A DNA stretch of 64,000 nucleotides from Tubiluchus corallicola (GCA_030141605.1 JAQGDQ010001026.1:1-64000), one strand, 5' to 3'; positions 9,635-22,280 are shown, numbered from the stretch's first letter. Notes: generated from the letters alone by a model not told the origin. Numbers and translations are program-made.

Positions 9635-12600
9635 TTTTTTATTACTTTTTTATTAGGCTAAGCAAATGAATAACAGCAAACATTTGCACAAAACACAAAT
9701 CAAGATAGAAAAGGTAAAGAAGACCAGAATAACCGGGAAAGACGCTCTAACCAGAATAACCGGGAAAGACGCTCTAACCAGAATAACCGGGAAAGACGCT
9801 CTAACCAGAATAACCGGGAAAGACGCTCTAACCAGAATAACCGGGAAAGACGCTCTAACCAGAATAACCGGGAAAGACGCTCTAACCAGAATAACCGGAA
9901 AGACGCTCTAACCAGAATAACCGGGAAAGACGCTCTAACCAGAATAACCGGGAAAGACGCTCTAACCAGAATAACCGGGAAAGACGCTCTAACCAGAATA
10001 ACCGGGAAAGACGCTCTAACCAGAATAACCGGGAAAGACGCCCGAGTAAAAGAAATGTGTATAGAAACATTACAAACAAAGACTGACGATGGTGAAGATG
10101 TGGAAAGTTCCGGAAAACGTCGAGCCTGTGATTTGGTTAAACTTGGTAAGGCTAATGAATCTAGACCAGATTATTCTTCTGGTTTGTGTAACTCTGATCA
10201 AAGTTCATCAAAAAAGACTGAACAAGCAAAGAAGTTTCCGGACAAACGTTTATTTCCCTTTGGCAACTACGATCGTTACTATGGTTACAGAAATCCAGCC
10301 AATGAGGACTATCGCTTGTACAGTTTAAACAGGTCGTGGTTTCAGGACAAAGAGGTTCTGGACATTGGGTGCAACACGGGTCAGTTTACGTTACAAGTGG
10401 CAAAACGGTTTAGACCAAAGAAAATCGTTGCCGTCGACATAGACAAAAAGCTGATAAGAATAGCGCGAAAGAACATTTGGCATTACGTTCAGCTGTCTAA
10501 AAATACTTCCTCATTTCCCGTGTCATTTCGGATAGCTTATGGTTGTACGGGCGCTCCCGTGGTGCCGGGACTTATGAACGAGTTTCCCAATAACGTGATT
10601 TTCATCGAGGTATGTCTGAAGTAACAATTTACAGGTAGCAAAGTTTGCTTAATGCAAATGCTTTTTTTGTTGAGTATTGCTTATAAGACAAGTTTTTAAT
10701 TCTTTTGAAACTTGAAAATGAAGTTCACGTTCAATTTTCTGTCATATTGTTTATTGCTTATTTATTTCACATTAACACAAATACACAATTAATGCATTAA
10801 AAGAAACAAAACGTTATCAATAATTCAATGAATAACAAACAGTAAGATACATAATAGGAAGCAAATTTTGGAAAAAATGATTTAAACTGTCTTGAGATGT
10901 AGGTCAACCTATGGTAAACAAAGATAGTGATATCGCTACTTCCTTTAATACTGGTGTCTAAACAACGTTATGTACAGCATCATTACAAATATACTAACTT
11001 GACTCTCAAAACACTGTGGGGTTGAAAGAATAGGGGTTTAAACAAGAGAATTATCACTGTTGTATGTTGCTTAGTAAATTCGTATACAGTTTACTTTGAG
11101 CACATAACTAGTTTAGATATACCATAGTTTAGGTTTGCTACATATAGAAATGTAAATGTGTTGCGGGCAATCAAAAAACAGGGCTTGTTAGATTGTCCCA
11201 AACTGTGAAAGAAAAAAAAGTAATGGAAATTATCTAAAAATTTGAAGTGAATCGTATGATAAAGAAAACATTAGTGCTACAGTTGCATTTCTCTCTTTTA
11301 GTGCAACTACGTTCTCGATTCAGATACATTGCTAGAGCTTCAAAAGCCAGAGTATGACACCATCTTGTTTCTCAGCACATCCAAGTGGATTCACTTGAAC
11401 TGGGGTAATCTAGCTGACATGGAACATTCATTTTCTTTGTTATATTATGAATTTGTTCCCTTTTTTATATATGAGTTGTCAAATGTTTGTGCATGTACAA
11501 TTTCTCAACTAGCCTTATTTGTCAAATAGTAGATTGTTCAATGTGTGCTTTGTTTCTCTACGAATAACATGGAAATACAAACAGTTCTTCTTCTTCTTCC
11601 CAGCTTTTCCCTATTCGGGGTCGCCGTTGTGAATGAGTCTTCTCCACGCATTCCTGTTGTTGACCATCTCTTCATTTATGTCTTCCCTTCCCACATGATC
11701 TTCACCGACTCTTCTTTTCAGGTGTCCATACCATCGCAATCTTGCGAGGCTTCAACTACTTTTACTGTTCCTCTGATATTATTATTTCTAATTTTATCTC
11801 TTCTTGTTATTCCCACCATCCATCTCAACATCCTCATCTCCACCATATCCATTTTCTTCTCTTCGATCTTCTTTAGAGAAGCTGCTTCCAGCCCATAGAT
11901 TTGAGCGGGTCTGACCACTTCTTTGCACTCACCGACTCATTAATAGGAGGTTTTGGCGCAGTTTTTACAGGAGGATGCCCTTCCTGACCCTAACCCTCCC
12001 TATTTATCCGGGCTTGGGACCGGCAATGAAAATACAAACAGGTCAAATTTACTAATTGTATGATAGTTATAATTTGAAATGTGACTAGATGTATCTGTCA
12101 ATAGAAGATCAATAATTATGGAAGATCATCAATAGTCATATTTCAAATTATTATTTCATGTTATGATTGTGAATAGCAGGAAATTGGGGGAAAATTTTCA
12201 ACTGCTGCAACTGATTTGCTTGGATTAGTTTTCGTTGACAATGACACTGTACCAACCTAAATTAAATTGGTTTAGAACTACATACAGGTGAGATAATTTA
12301 AGGACTGGAATTCGTATGTTAGCTAAGCAACAGTTCAGTGTTTGGAGCTTATAAATCAATCAATCAATAAAATATGATTGTAAGTGTTTTTGGTGCTGAT
12401 GATGCAATAATTTCCCCCATTTTTTGCTATTTCGTCTTTCCATTTTTTGCCAGTTTAATGATTTTAACTTCCTAAGGAAACTTTTATTAGTTTCTGATCG
12501 TAATTTTTTTTTAATTGCATATGTAGGAGATGCCGGATTGCAGAGGGTATTCAAACGCATCTATGCACAACTACGACCTGGCGGGAGAATGATATTTGAA

Positions 12601-14195
12601 CCTCAACCTTGGGATTCGTATTCTAAAAGCAAAAAGATTAATGTAATTATTTTTCGATTTTTTGAAATCTTCATTTTCGTCTCAAAACACACTCATTGCC
12701 TGTAGGACCTCACTTTTATGGATACGTGTACTTCAAAATAAACATGTTTTGTTGCAGGAAACCTTACGCCAAAATTATTACTCAATAAACATGAAGCCAG
12801 AGTCTTTTTGTGATTACCTCCTTTCAAAGGATGTTGGTTTTGAAACTTGTGAAATGTTAGACACACCTCCTAATACTTCAAAAGGTAATTTTTTGTTTTC
12901 TATTTTGGAAAAAAATTGTTTTTTGGCATCAGTTTTTTTAGCTAATTATACCTGTACAAGTTATTTCCACGTTTGTAAAGTTTGTTTGACCACTGTGTGC
13001 ATTTGTGCAAGTTTGTTTGACCGCTGTGTGCATTGTGCAAGTTTGTTTGACCGCTGTGTGCATTTGTGCAAGTTTTTTTGACCGCTGTGTGCATTTGTGC
13101 AAGTTTGTTTGACCACTGTGTGCATTTGTGCAAGTTTGTTTGACCACTGTGTGCATTTGTGCAACTATTATGTATGTAATCCCAATAAAAATTCACTCAC
13201 AGTCATTATTTCTGAATGGTTTGACTGTACCGTTTCTAAACTCTGCTGACTGTATTTGTCGCTTATTGTACCGAGTATGCGATTGTAGTATTATGTGATC
13301 TATTTAATTGTCAGTCTACTACACTATGGTACTGAATTAGTCTATGCTGCCATCTACAGTCGTTGTTTTACTCTAATTGTATAAAGTTTGTCAGAGATTG
13401 ATTTTTGTTTCTAAATATTGTTTCCTTTTGCTTTTATAGATATTCATTAATCAGAGTAATTAGATTGTTAATTTCATGCTTTAATTCTGTATCTAACTCT
13501 CTTGTTCAAGTTTAAATAGAGAAAAATTATAACATTATAACACAGCTTTCTGTAAACCAATAATCTTTATTCTGCTATCAAAGAAGCCAAATAGACTTTG
13601 ATTTTGGTGTAACTAGTAGTCTATAGAGTATAGGTGACCTTTCCATTTATGGTCTGTATGCATGAATATGATGTACCTTCCAATAGGAACTTGTATGTCT
13701 GGTCATGTGATTACAGCTTTATTCTCTCAGGCAAGCAAGTTTCAGTTGATCTAGAGACAGCATTGAGAAAGGATACGAAATTTCTACTGTAAAATATTAT
13801 ATTGCTAACTTTATGACTGTTTGTTCAATTTTATGGTCTGTGAACATTGTATACATTTTACAATAAAATGATTGCAAATTTCTACAGTATTATATGCACA
13901 TGCAAAAAAATAATAATGAAATTGTTGGACAGGTGATAGCAGGTAAGTTTACGTAATGGGCTATACCAAAAACATGGCGGAGAATCCTAGTAAATTTATT
14001 GATACGTAGCCTATAATTATTTGAAATTGTAATAGAAATCATAACGGTGCGACTTTGTTACAGATACAAACAGCAATTATAATGTAGATTTATACTTAAG
14101 GGTTTCAAAGACCAATCTATCTACTCACAAAAAGAGCATCAGACTCTAATGGTGGACAAAGTTCTGAAGGAGCTTCTTCTGTCTCAATGTTATGA
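8035..14195 (+). CDS. MEPCE: 7SK snRNA methylphosphate capping enzyme (Bin3 family methyltransferase)
   Basis: Exons 8035-8064 (tentative), 9657-10609, 11302-11404, 12527-12642, 12758-12884, 14101-14195 with consistent phases. Motifs [66 protein letters not shown]. There is a 1-nt frameshift near 9897 in a coding repeat; the alternative start is 10055. Confidence 0.92.
8290..8990. repeat. Old interspersed repeat (unclassified, probably a DNA transposon remnant); second copy at about 62190-62750
   Basis: Shared collinear blocks gagataatccacg.tgaagtt, gttaaagt.agccattgttttt, aaaacacttagcaaccg, gtactagtttcta, ttgataatttgat. Confidence 0.65.
9325..9633 (+). mobile_element. tRNA-derived SINE with Meta-domain-like core, copy 1
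   Basis: A box tagtctagtggt, B box gagttcgaacc, core ccgggtcataccaaagactttaaaaatggtac, aataaa plus (att)n tail. Three copies in the window. Confidence 0.88.
9723..10041 (+). repeat. 27-bp coding minisatellite x12 (TRITGKDAL) in MEPCE
   Basis: Unit accagaataaccgggaaagacgctcta; the 7th unit lacks one G. Confidence 0.97.
11585..12029 (-). mobile_element. Non-autonomous bipartite RTE-derived retroelement, copy 1
   Basis: RTE-type 5' UTR (ccggtcccaagcccggataaatagggagggttagggtcaggaagggcatcc) joined to an RT C-terminal remnant (VRPA.IYGLE...[19 protein letters not shown]). (aag)n tail, TSD aaatacaaacag. Confidence 0.85.
12981..13163. repeat. 31-bp minisatellite, about 6 units
   Basis: Unit tttgtttgaccactgtgtgcatttgtgcaag. 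Confidence 0.95.
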
Positions 14196-14302
14196 CACTC
14201 GGTTTGTGACGACAAGCATATTACATGTGAGTGAGTTGCTCTTTTATCCCAGCTATTGATAACTACAGTATGCGACATTAGTGAATGTTTTATGCGTCAA
14301 TG

Positions 14303-14797
14303 CAGGAGTGTGCAAATTATCTGATTAACCGGGCCACATTAAACTTTCCCGCAATTCCTGCGGGCCACAGGCAGTTTGATCAAGGAGCCAAGTACAGAAA
14401 GGCCTAATAACGATTTTTTTTGCATCCGACCTGCGTACATCATTACTATTACACTCAAGAAACTATTTTAGAAGTTATTAAAATTTATATTACAAACCAT
14501 ATATTTCTACATTCAGGACCAGATAGTGGTAATTTCATTACAATGCATATTAGTAATGTGTATCACATAGTCTGTGTAGTACAGTGACATTAAGCTACAA
14601 CCATCTTGTAAGGGTTAATGGCATCCGATCTAGTAGAAAAAACTACCCGCACTATCTTTGGGATCGTGGCACGGACTTCAGCTGGATACACTCAATAGAC
14701 TCAATTAGTCTCGCCCGGGCCGCACTTTCATTAGGTTGACAAATCTCTTCGCGGGCCGCACAAATTCTCTCGGCGGGCCGCAATTTGCACACCCCTG
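14303..14797. mobile_element. hAT/Buster MITE, copy 1
   Basis: TIR caggagtgtgcaaatt / aatttgcacacccctg; degenerate TSD cgtcaatg / cattaatg; inverted copy of 18847-19345. Confidence 0.9.
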
Positions 14798-15581
14798 CAT
14801 TAATGCATGTTTGGTAAGTCAGAGTACACAAAGGTCTCTGTTCTTAATCAATTTCTTTATCTTCAGCCAGTACAACTAAAACAAAGATTCAGTCTATACA
14901 AAAGCATTCCACCATGACTAACATTAGTAATAACTACTACATAATTATTTTTGTAGAAGTTAAGTCTCTTGAACAAAGCTACACAGAGGCAACATATAAA
15001 TAAAGCTATACTTAGCATTACGCTTGCCTGTCTAAAAAACTTATGTAGCTAGAAAACAATTTTTAGCAATTGAAAATGTCTGCACCAACTGGTAAACTTC
15101 ACTGTTAATAGTGACCAGTGCGTATCTTAATCGGCTCACAAAAAATAGTCATAATTAATTTTATTGACAATATAAAGTAATTTATACGTTTGCTTAGTTA
15201 GTGAAGTGCGCTACGAATGCTTTGATTATTTTTGCGAAGTCGTTCCATTGTTATCTGAACTTTCTTACTCAATGACTAAATGATTAAAAAGGCAGCACCT
15301 AAGCATCAGTGCGGGAGTTTGAATTTACAGTTTTTATTCATTGTTATTGCTAATACAAGCTCTGGGGACAGTAAGACAGCATACAGGTGATGCAAAATTT
15401 CATGATGTCAAAATTCTGTTTTCTTGTCCTTTAATTTTCTCTGGAATGTAGAATAAAAATTACCTGCAACTTTTGCAGATATATTATCCATTGGAAGATT
15501 GAATTTTGCCTGTAATTCGTGAACTGCGTGACCACAATATGCCTCTGCTGTATTTTTAAAAGTGCCAAAAGTAACCCAACA

Positions 15582-15873
15582 CTGATTGTGCACACAGAGA
15601 TTGCAAGTCTTCAGTAGCTGATTGTGCACACAGAGGATGCAGGTCTTCAGTAGCTGATTGTGCACACAGAGGATGCAGGTCTTCAGTAGCTGATTGTGCA
15701 CACAGAGATTGCAAGTCTTCAGTAGCTGATTGTGCACACAGAGATTGCAAGTCTTCAGTAGCTGATTGTGCACACAGAGGTTGCAAGTCTTCAGTAGCTG
15801 ATTGTGCACACAGAGATTGGCAGGTCTTCAGTAGCTGATTGTGCACACAGAGATTGCAGGTCTTCAGTAGTTG
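15582..15873. repeat. 36-bp minisatellite, about 8 units
   Basis: Unit ctgattgtgcacacagagattgcaagtcttcagtag. Confidence 0.95.
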
Positions 15874-16580
15874 ATCGGTGAGGATTGATCTTCATAGTTT
15901 TTTTTTGTAAATATGTTGTCTATTTAGATTGTAATTAAGTTTGTGAAAAAATGCTTTGTAAAGAATCTATTGTAAAATATGTACTTTTGTATTACAAATA
16001 CTGTAATTTATAGTATCACTTTATACATACTTGATTGTTCCGTAACAGATGTAAATGTTTTTTAATCATTTGTGGAAATTAAAAGTATTCATTGTGATTT
16101 TGAATTTCTTGTGATCTTTTTGTACTGAATCTCCCAATTGGAAGTACAACAAACTTGCTTCATTTACCATAAATTTGATTTGTAACAATATTTAAAGTAA
16201 CATTTATTTAAATTTTTTTTAACAAGGTCAACACCAACTTGTTCAACAAATTAAATCTTACTTAAAATATTTTGCAACTGCATTAGAAGCATACATGATA
16301 CAAAATTTGCTCTTGTGTTTACATAAGTTAGGAGATATATCGTTTGACTTCTGTTGCACTTAAAACAGTTGCATGTTACTAAATATGCTTTAATTTTTTA
16401 CTTAACATTTAACAAGTCATGCAATATCGAATAATAGAAATTGTTGCTTACTGTAGCTCACATGTACAGTATAAACAATAATCTACTGATCAAACTTCCT
16501 CATTAGCTGAGAACATTAGCCAAAAGAATGGAATAAAATTGTACGTTAGCCCTTTTTTATCTTATACCTAGTCCACAAGG

Positions 16581-17081
16581 CCATACTACGGCCAAATCAC
16601 GTTGAAAACACCGGTTCTCGTCTGATCACCGAAGTTAAGCAACGTAGAGCCTGGTTAGTGCTTGGATGGGTGACCGCCTAGGAATACCAGGTGCTGTAGG
16701 CCTGCGGGATGCCCACACTGTATCTCGACACTAGGCGGAGGAGCTGCACAAGCAGCCAACGGCTAGAGGGCGGAGGAGGTCAAGTGACCCAACGGCCACG
16801 TGTAGAGGAGTAACCCTTCCAAATCATGAGTGGAACCCCAAAGGCGGACCAGTGCAGCATGCTCACTGATTCCGGCAGCTCCTGCAGCCAACCTGGTGCC
16901 AAACGTATCGCTCCGCTTTCCTTTGGACTACACCAGGGAGGAAGAGAGGGGGTTCCTGTTGTCTGGGCAACTCAGGATCTCCATACACCTTGCCCAGGCG
17001 TGCGCCCTGGAGACGTTCAAGGATCCGACGCTCTTGGCGCACACTCCATCGTCTTCTGAGACAGAAGGATGCCAACAACAA
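16581..17081 (+). mobile_element. 5S rRNA-derived SINE, copy 2
   Basis: 5S head at 16586-16700, shared body, (caa)n tail, perfect 12-bp TSD tagtccacaagg (16569-16580, 17082-17093). Confidence 0.94.
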
Positions 17082-17339
17082 TAGTCCACAAGGTCGTTCA
17101 AATGACTGACATTCAAAACACTGAACTCTATCCACATGATCAGTTTTTACTGAAAGTTATTTTACACATAACTATTTGAAGAAGTGGCATTCTCTAACCT
17201 CTCATCATTTCTGAAATTGTACTAAAATGGTTTGTATGAAAACGAGCTTTGAGCTTTTAGCATGTGCTGCAAATAGAAAGCGAAATCAAGGAAAAAACAT
17301 CTTTGGCACAGAAATCAAACAAGAAGTCAATATCAACTA

Positions 17340-17562
17340 CAGTCAACCTTGGATATAAGGGACATCCCCAGACAAGGGAATACAGTCGGGCCCACGCGGG
17401 GTCTCGGTATAGGCCTTTTAGGATGTAAAAATATTTCATCATGGGTCCCTTATATCCGTGTACTTTACATACGAAGATTTTTAGAAGGAAAAACATTACG
17501 AAAAATCGGGGCCGGTGTTGGTGGTCCCTTATAAGTGAGTACTTTATACCTGAGGTTAACTG
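17340..17562. mobile_element. pogo/Tigger-type MITE
   Basis: ta|cagtcaaccttggatataa ... ttatacctgaggttaactg|ta; same family as 48672-49154. Confidence 0.85.
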
Positions 17563-18083
17563 TATTTCGGGAATTAGAAGTTGAAGCGCAAATGAATTTT
17601 TAAATTATATTTGGATATTACCAAGTAACTTTGATTACCGAACACATTTTCGCCTGTAAATAATGTAGGAATCAAGAATAGGTTGTCAAGGCATCATAGC
17701 TTGTGTTTTTGATGGTTAATTTAGACGCCTTGGGACTAGTGCAAGCTCTTGCACATTTCCCTGTACGTAAGTATCCTATATAAGTCTATAAGTGTATATA
17801 AAAATTATTTACGTCACTCACAGAAATTCCTGCAGGCATGCGCTTAATAACTATAATAGTAATCACTGCTTTAGTAACACCAAGCGGTTTACGTACACCG
17901 CCATAAATGAGCTTTTCTAGTTGAGTCATCAGTGCGCATTCTTACTGGCTGTTCAGTCCGCGAATGACGACCAGGACTAATGAAAATCAAAACCAGGCTT
18001 CATATTGTCAAACTTGAATGACGTTCAAATTTCACTATCATTCTCAACGTTCACACGTTCACATGATAGTGTTTTGAATGACC

Positions 18084-18436
18084 AACCTAGCCACTGGGGG
18101 GGGGGCAAGCCAGCCCAACTCAGTGCCGGTCCCAAGCGCGGATAAATAGGGAGGGTTAGGGTCAGGAAGGGCATCCGCCTGTAAAAACTGCGCCAAAACC
18201 TTCTATGAATGAGTCGGTGAGTGCAAAGAAGTGGTCAGACCCGCTCTAATCTATGGGCTGGAAGCAGCTTCTCTAAAGAAGACCGAAGAGAAGAAAATGG
18301 GTGTGGTGGAGATGAGGATGTTCAGATGGATGGTGGGAATAACAAGAACAGATAAAATTAGAAATAATAATGTCAGAGGAACGGTAAAAGTAGTGGAAGC
18401 CTCGCAAGATAGCGATGGTATGGACACCTGAAAAGA
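18084..18436 (+). mobile_element. Non-autonomous bipartite RTE-derived retroelement, copy 2 (3'-truncated)
   Basis: Homologous to 11585-12029; perfect 16-bp TSD agtgttttgaatgacc (18068-18083, 18437-18452). Confidence 0.87.
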
Positions 18437-18846
18437 AGTGTTTTGAATGACCCGTGTGAACGGGCTGTTAGTCTGAACTTCACTGAATAAATGCCAAGAT
18501 CTCAAGCGAAAATTATTACACAAGTCTGTAGTATTACAAAGTAACTGCATTATGTATTATAATGAACAAATAATATGAAACTTATTAGTGAATGCAGGTA
18601 ACTGTAAAGGTACAAAAGACTAGTAAAAATATATTTCTTAATGAAAAGTATAATAGAAGATGTAAGTTGATCATCAAGCATGATTCTTCGTGTACAAATA
18701 TAGACTTCTATTTAAAGGCAGTCCATCAAGGCCATTCTGATGTATAAGCATTTTGTAATAACAACAATGATTTTTACTACTTATTGTGTTGTGCACAAAG
18801 CAAATGCTCTTAATAATGGTTCTTAATAATACTTATGGCCTTAATG

Positions 18847-19345
18847 CTGGGGTGTGCAAATTGCGGCCCGCGGGCCACTTGCGGCACGCCGAGAGAATTT
18901 GTGCGGCCCGCGAAGAGATTTGTCAACCTATTGAAAGTGCGGCCCGGGCGATTAATTGAGTGTATTCAGCTGAAGTCTGTGCCATGATCCCAAAGATAGT
19001 GCGGGTAGTTTTTTCTACTAGATCGGATGCCATTAACCCTTACAAGCCGGTTGTAGCTTAATAACACTGTACTACACAGACTGTGTGATACACATTACTA
19101 ATATGCATTGTATTGAAATTACCACTATCTGTCCTGAAAGTAGAAATATATGGTTTGTAATATAAATTTTAGTAACTTCTAATACAGTTTCTTGAGTGTA
19201 GTAGTAATGATGTACGCAGGTCGGATGCAAAAAAATCGTTATTAGGCCTTTCTGTACTTGGCTCCTTGATCAAACTGCCGGTGGCCGCAGGAATTGCGGG
19301 AAAGTTTAGTGTGGCCCGGCTAGTCAGATAATTTGCACACCCCTG
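18847..19345. mobile_element. hAT/Buster MITE, copy 2
   Basis: TIR ctggggtgtgcaaatt / aatttgcacacccctg; perfect TSD ccttaatg. Confidence 0.92.
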
Positions 19346-20024
19346 CCTTAATGTAACTGGTAGCAGCTAAGTATAGTACAGTAAATTCTGTCAAACAAAA
19401 GAAATATTAGTTTAAATAAATATTTTATGGTAATATGTTAAATGATCTAAATAAGTTAAAGCTACACTCGACTGGAACTGCTGAGACTAAGCAATGCAAT
19501 AGTTAACCCTTTCATATCCGTTGTATCCCATTCTCTGCGTTTAAAATTAATAAAATTTTAAAACTGAGAGTTATTTGATCTGTTAATAGTTATTTTGATT
19601 TAAGCCAATAACAATAGAGTAAAACTGGTGATAAAATCGTAAACTAGAAAATCTACATAACATAAGGTACAGTACTTTAGAGACGACTTTGTACAGATCA
19701 GCGTAGCATACATACTAAATGTCTTAAATACTTTAAAAAATTATCAGCATTTGCTTTTTATCATGTTTAGCAACCATTGAATCCCAATGTATCCCGTGGG
19801 ATACAGGCTATATTTAGCACACGGGAACAGGTAGAAAAAAATAGTTATTATGTGTGCACAAGATGGACATACTGAACAAAAGTACCAAGCCAAAATATTT
19901 TTTCTTATTAAAAAATAATTTGGGACTGAAAGGGTTAAACAAAGTCTGTCCCAATGCATGATGATTTTCCTATGTTAGTTTACAATATCACAGTTATCTG
20001 GTGTTGCTGGTGCTAGACAATAAG

Positions 20025-20966
20025 CTACCGATGGCCATAAAAGTGATCAGTATCAACATCTGGGCCTGTAAAATTTTGATTTGGTGACAACGTGTTCGGA
20101 TCGTGTTCACGAAAACAAAACCTGATGGTTGCACCTTGCATCTTTCTGCCATACTCTCCAGCCCAGAATTGTGTGTCACGTCCATGGTGCACAAATCGCA
20201 CATACCGCACACCACAAGGATAGTCCCTAAATATATATTTCACCTGACTCCATGCTCCCCCTTCCCATTGTCCCTCTCTGAGAATTCCTGAGAAAAATCC
20301 GGCTAAAATTCGACACTGAGCATCAAGCAAACTTGCACGTAGGTAGTATCTGCTACCACAATCCCAGCGACCGGCATGCCATTCAGAGACCTCTATTGGC
20401 GGCTTACATTTGTCTAGTGTTTCTCTGTCACACCCTTCGGCAAGTAGGTCTACTGTTTGTTCCTTTATAGCATCTCTAAAAGACGTTACAAAGCAAGTGT
20501 CATGGCCTTGTTCAAATAATGGGAAAGACTGACAACCATGTAGACCAGTTTCTATTTTCCAAAGGGCTGCCTGGTGGTGTGCATTTGCTGCTACACTCCA
20601 CCCACTAAAACCATCTTTACCACTTGGATTTCTAATCAAGTTTCTCCCATAGGGGTCTTTAAAATAAATCTTCATAAAGTGACTAACTTTGGTAAGATTA
20701 AGCTTGGCTGGAATAGTACATTTAGCTTGGTGACATTTGGTTTTCCATAAGTGGACAGAAATATTGATGTCATGATGCCACTGTTTACAAACTAATGTGC
20801 ATGATTTCAACAATACATGTCCTGGCACAAATGACAGAATGTGAATTAAAATTTCACTAGGTAAATCTTGTACTTGTGGGAAGTAGTCAGCGCAATCATC
20901 CTCTGCTCCATCGTGTTGCATATTCTTCCTAGTCGTTTGTTTTTTAACTCCTAGTGACTGTCCCAT
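20025..20966 (-). CDS. F-box + FBA (sugar-binding) protein, FBXO2/6/17/27/44 family; intronless CDS
   Basis: ATG at 20966 (MGQSLG...), F-box LPSEILIHILSFV...LVCKQW, GRNLIRNP, FVTSF, PPIEVSEWHAGRWDCG, GVRYVRFVHHGRDTQFWAGEYG. Confidence 0.9.
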   Translation of the reverse strand: MGQSLGVKKQTTRKNMQHDGAEDDCADYFPQVQDLPSEILIHILSFVPGHVLLKSCTLVCKQWHHDINISVHLWKTKCHQAKCTIPAKLNLTKVSHFMKIYFKDPYGRNLIRNPSGKDGFSGWSVAANAHHQAALWKIETGLHGCQSFPLFEQGHDTCFVTSFRDAIKEQTVDLLAEGCDRETLDKCKPPIEVSEWHAGRWDCGSRYYLRASLLDAQCRILAGFFSGILREGQWEGGAWSQVKYIFRDYPCGVRYVRFVHHGRDTQFWAGEYGRKMQGATIRFCFREHDPNTLSPNQNFTGPDVDTDHFYGHR

Positions 20967-22065
20967 TACGTCACTAATAATTATTGTAAGTGAACTACAC
21001 TTGCGTGAACACGCCAAGTCATACACAGTTACAATTGTCAATAATGAATGAATTTTGCAAACTCATTACAACACAAGTCTTCATCTGTTTTCCACAACGC
21101 GCGTTTTTTTCTTCTAATCTTTCTTTTGCTTCATCTAATAAACAATTCAATCAAACATCTTTCAGATGAATCGGAATTACTGTTTTTTTTTCGTTGTTGG
21201 ACCAACGGCCTTGATTCTTCGACTGCTTTCGTAAGAAACGTACTACAGCACATGACCATTATTATCTATGTTTCCTGGTTCTTTGCTTTTGTCCGACTGC
21301 CTGTCTAGCGTGTGCACCGCGGTGCTATTCGATTCAGTTCAACTTCTTTTCAGTCAACCCTTACGCAGTTTTTGCACTCTGTAATACGCCAAAACACATG
21401 CAATGATGCTTAATTTACACACCGTATGTATATTATTTAAAATATCTCTTACAAAATATGCTGGTACACCAGCTTGTGACGTGTGCAAATTGTGCATGAG
21501 TTTACATAATTACAATATACATACGTACAAAATCGTTTAATTGCAACAAAGCTATGCAATTTGCTTTTAATTTGAATACATATTTCGCAACTTGAATTAA
21601 ATTACAGTAGTATTAATTTTCAGGACTCAATCAAAACTGCAGGGCCTGCATAAAGTGTATTTGGCAGGGGGAGGTTTTGGTGGTTTTTAAATTATCTAGC
21701 ACAGGTGCAAAAGCAGTTTGGTATGTGGACTACTAATGTGTTATAACTAGTAAATAGGATTGGAAATATGAACTAAGATTACCTTTTTCCTAACTAAGAT
21801 GTGCAAGAACATGATTGTAGTTGCGCAACGTAACCCATGACCAACCATGTGTGTATGCAGGCACATGTAACTACGTAATGGCATAGTTTTACAGAAGTTC
21901 TCAACAGGCAGTGTTGCCTGTAATCCAGGAAATGAACCTACCATATGAGTATCAGCTAGAAGATACTGTACAGGTTTTACCAGCATATTTCTACCATGGG
22001 TTTTGTACATTGATATCAAAGATTATCAAGCATTAATTTTGTCATTGTTTTTATTGTTGTTCAAG

Positions 22066-22280
<215 letters not shown>

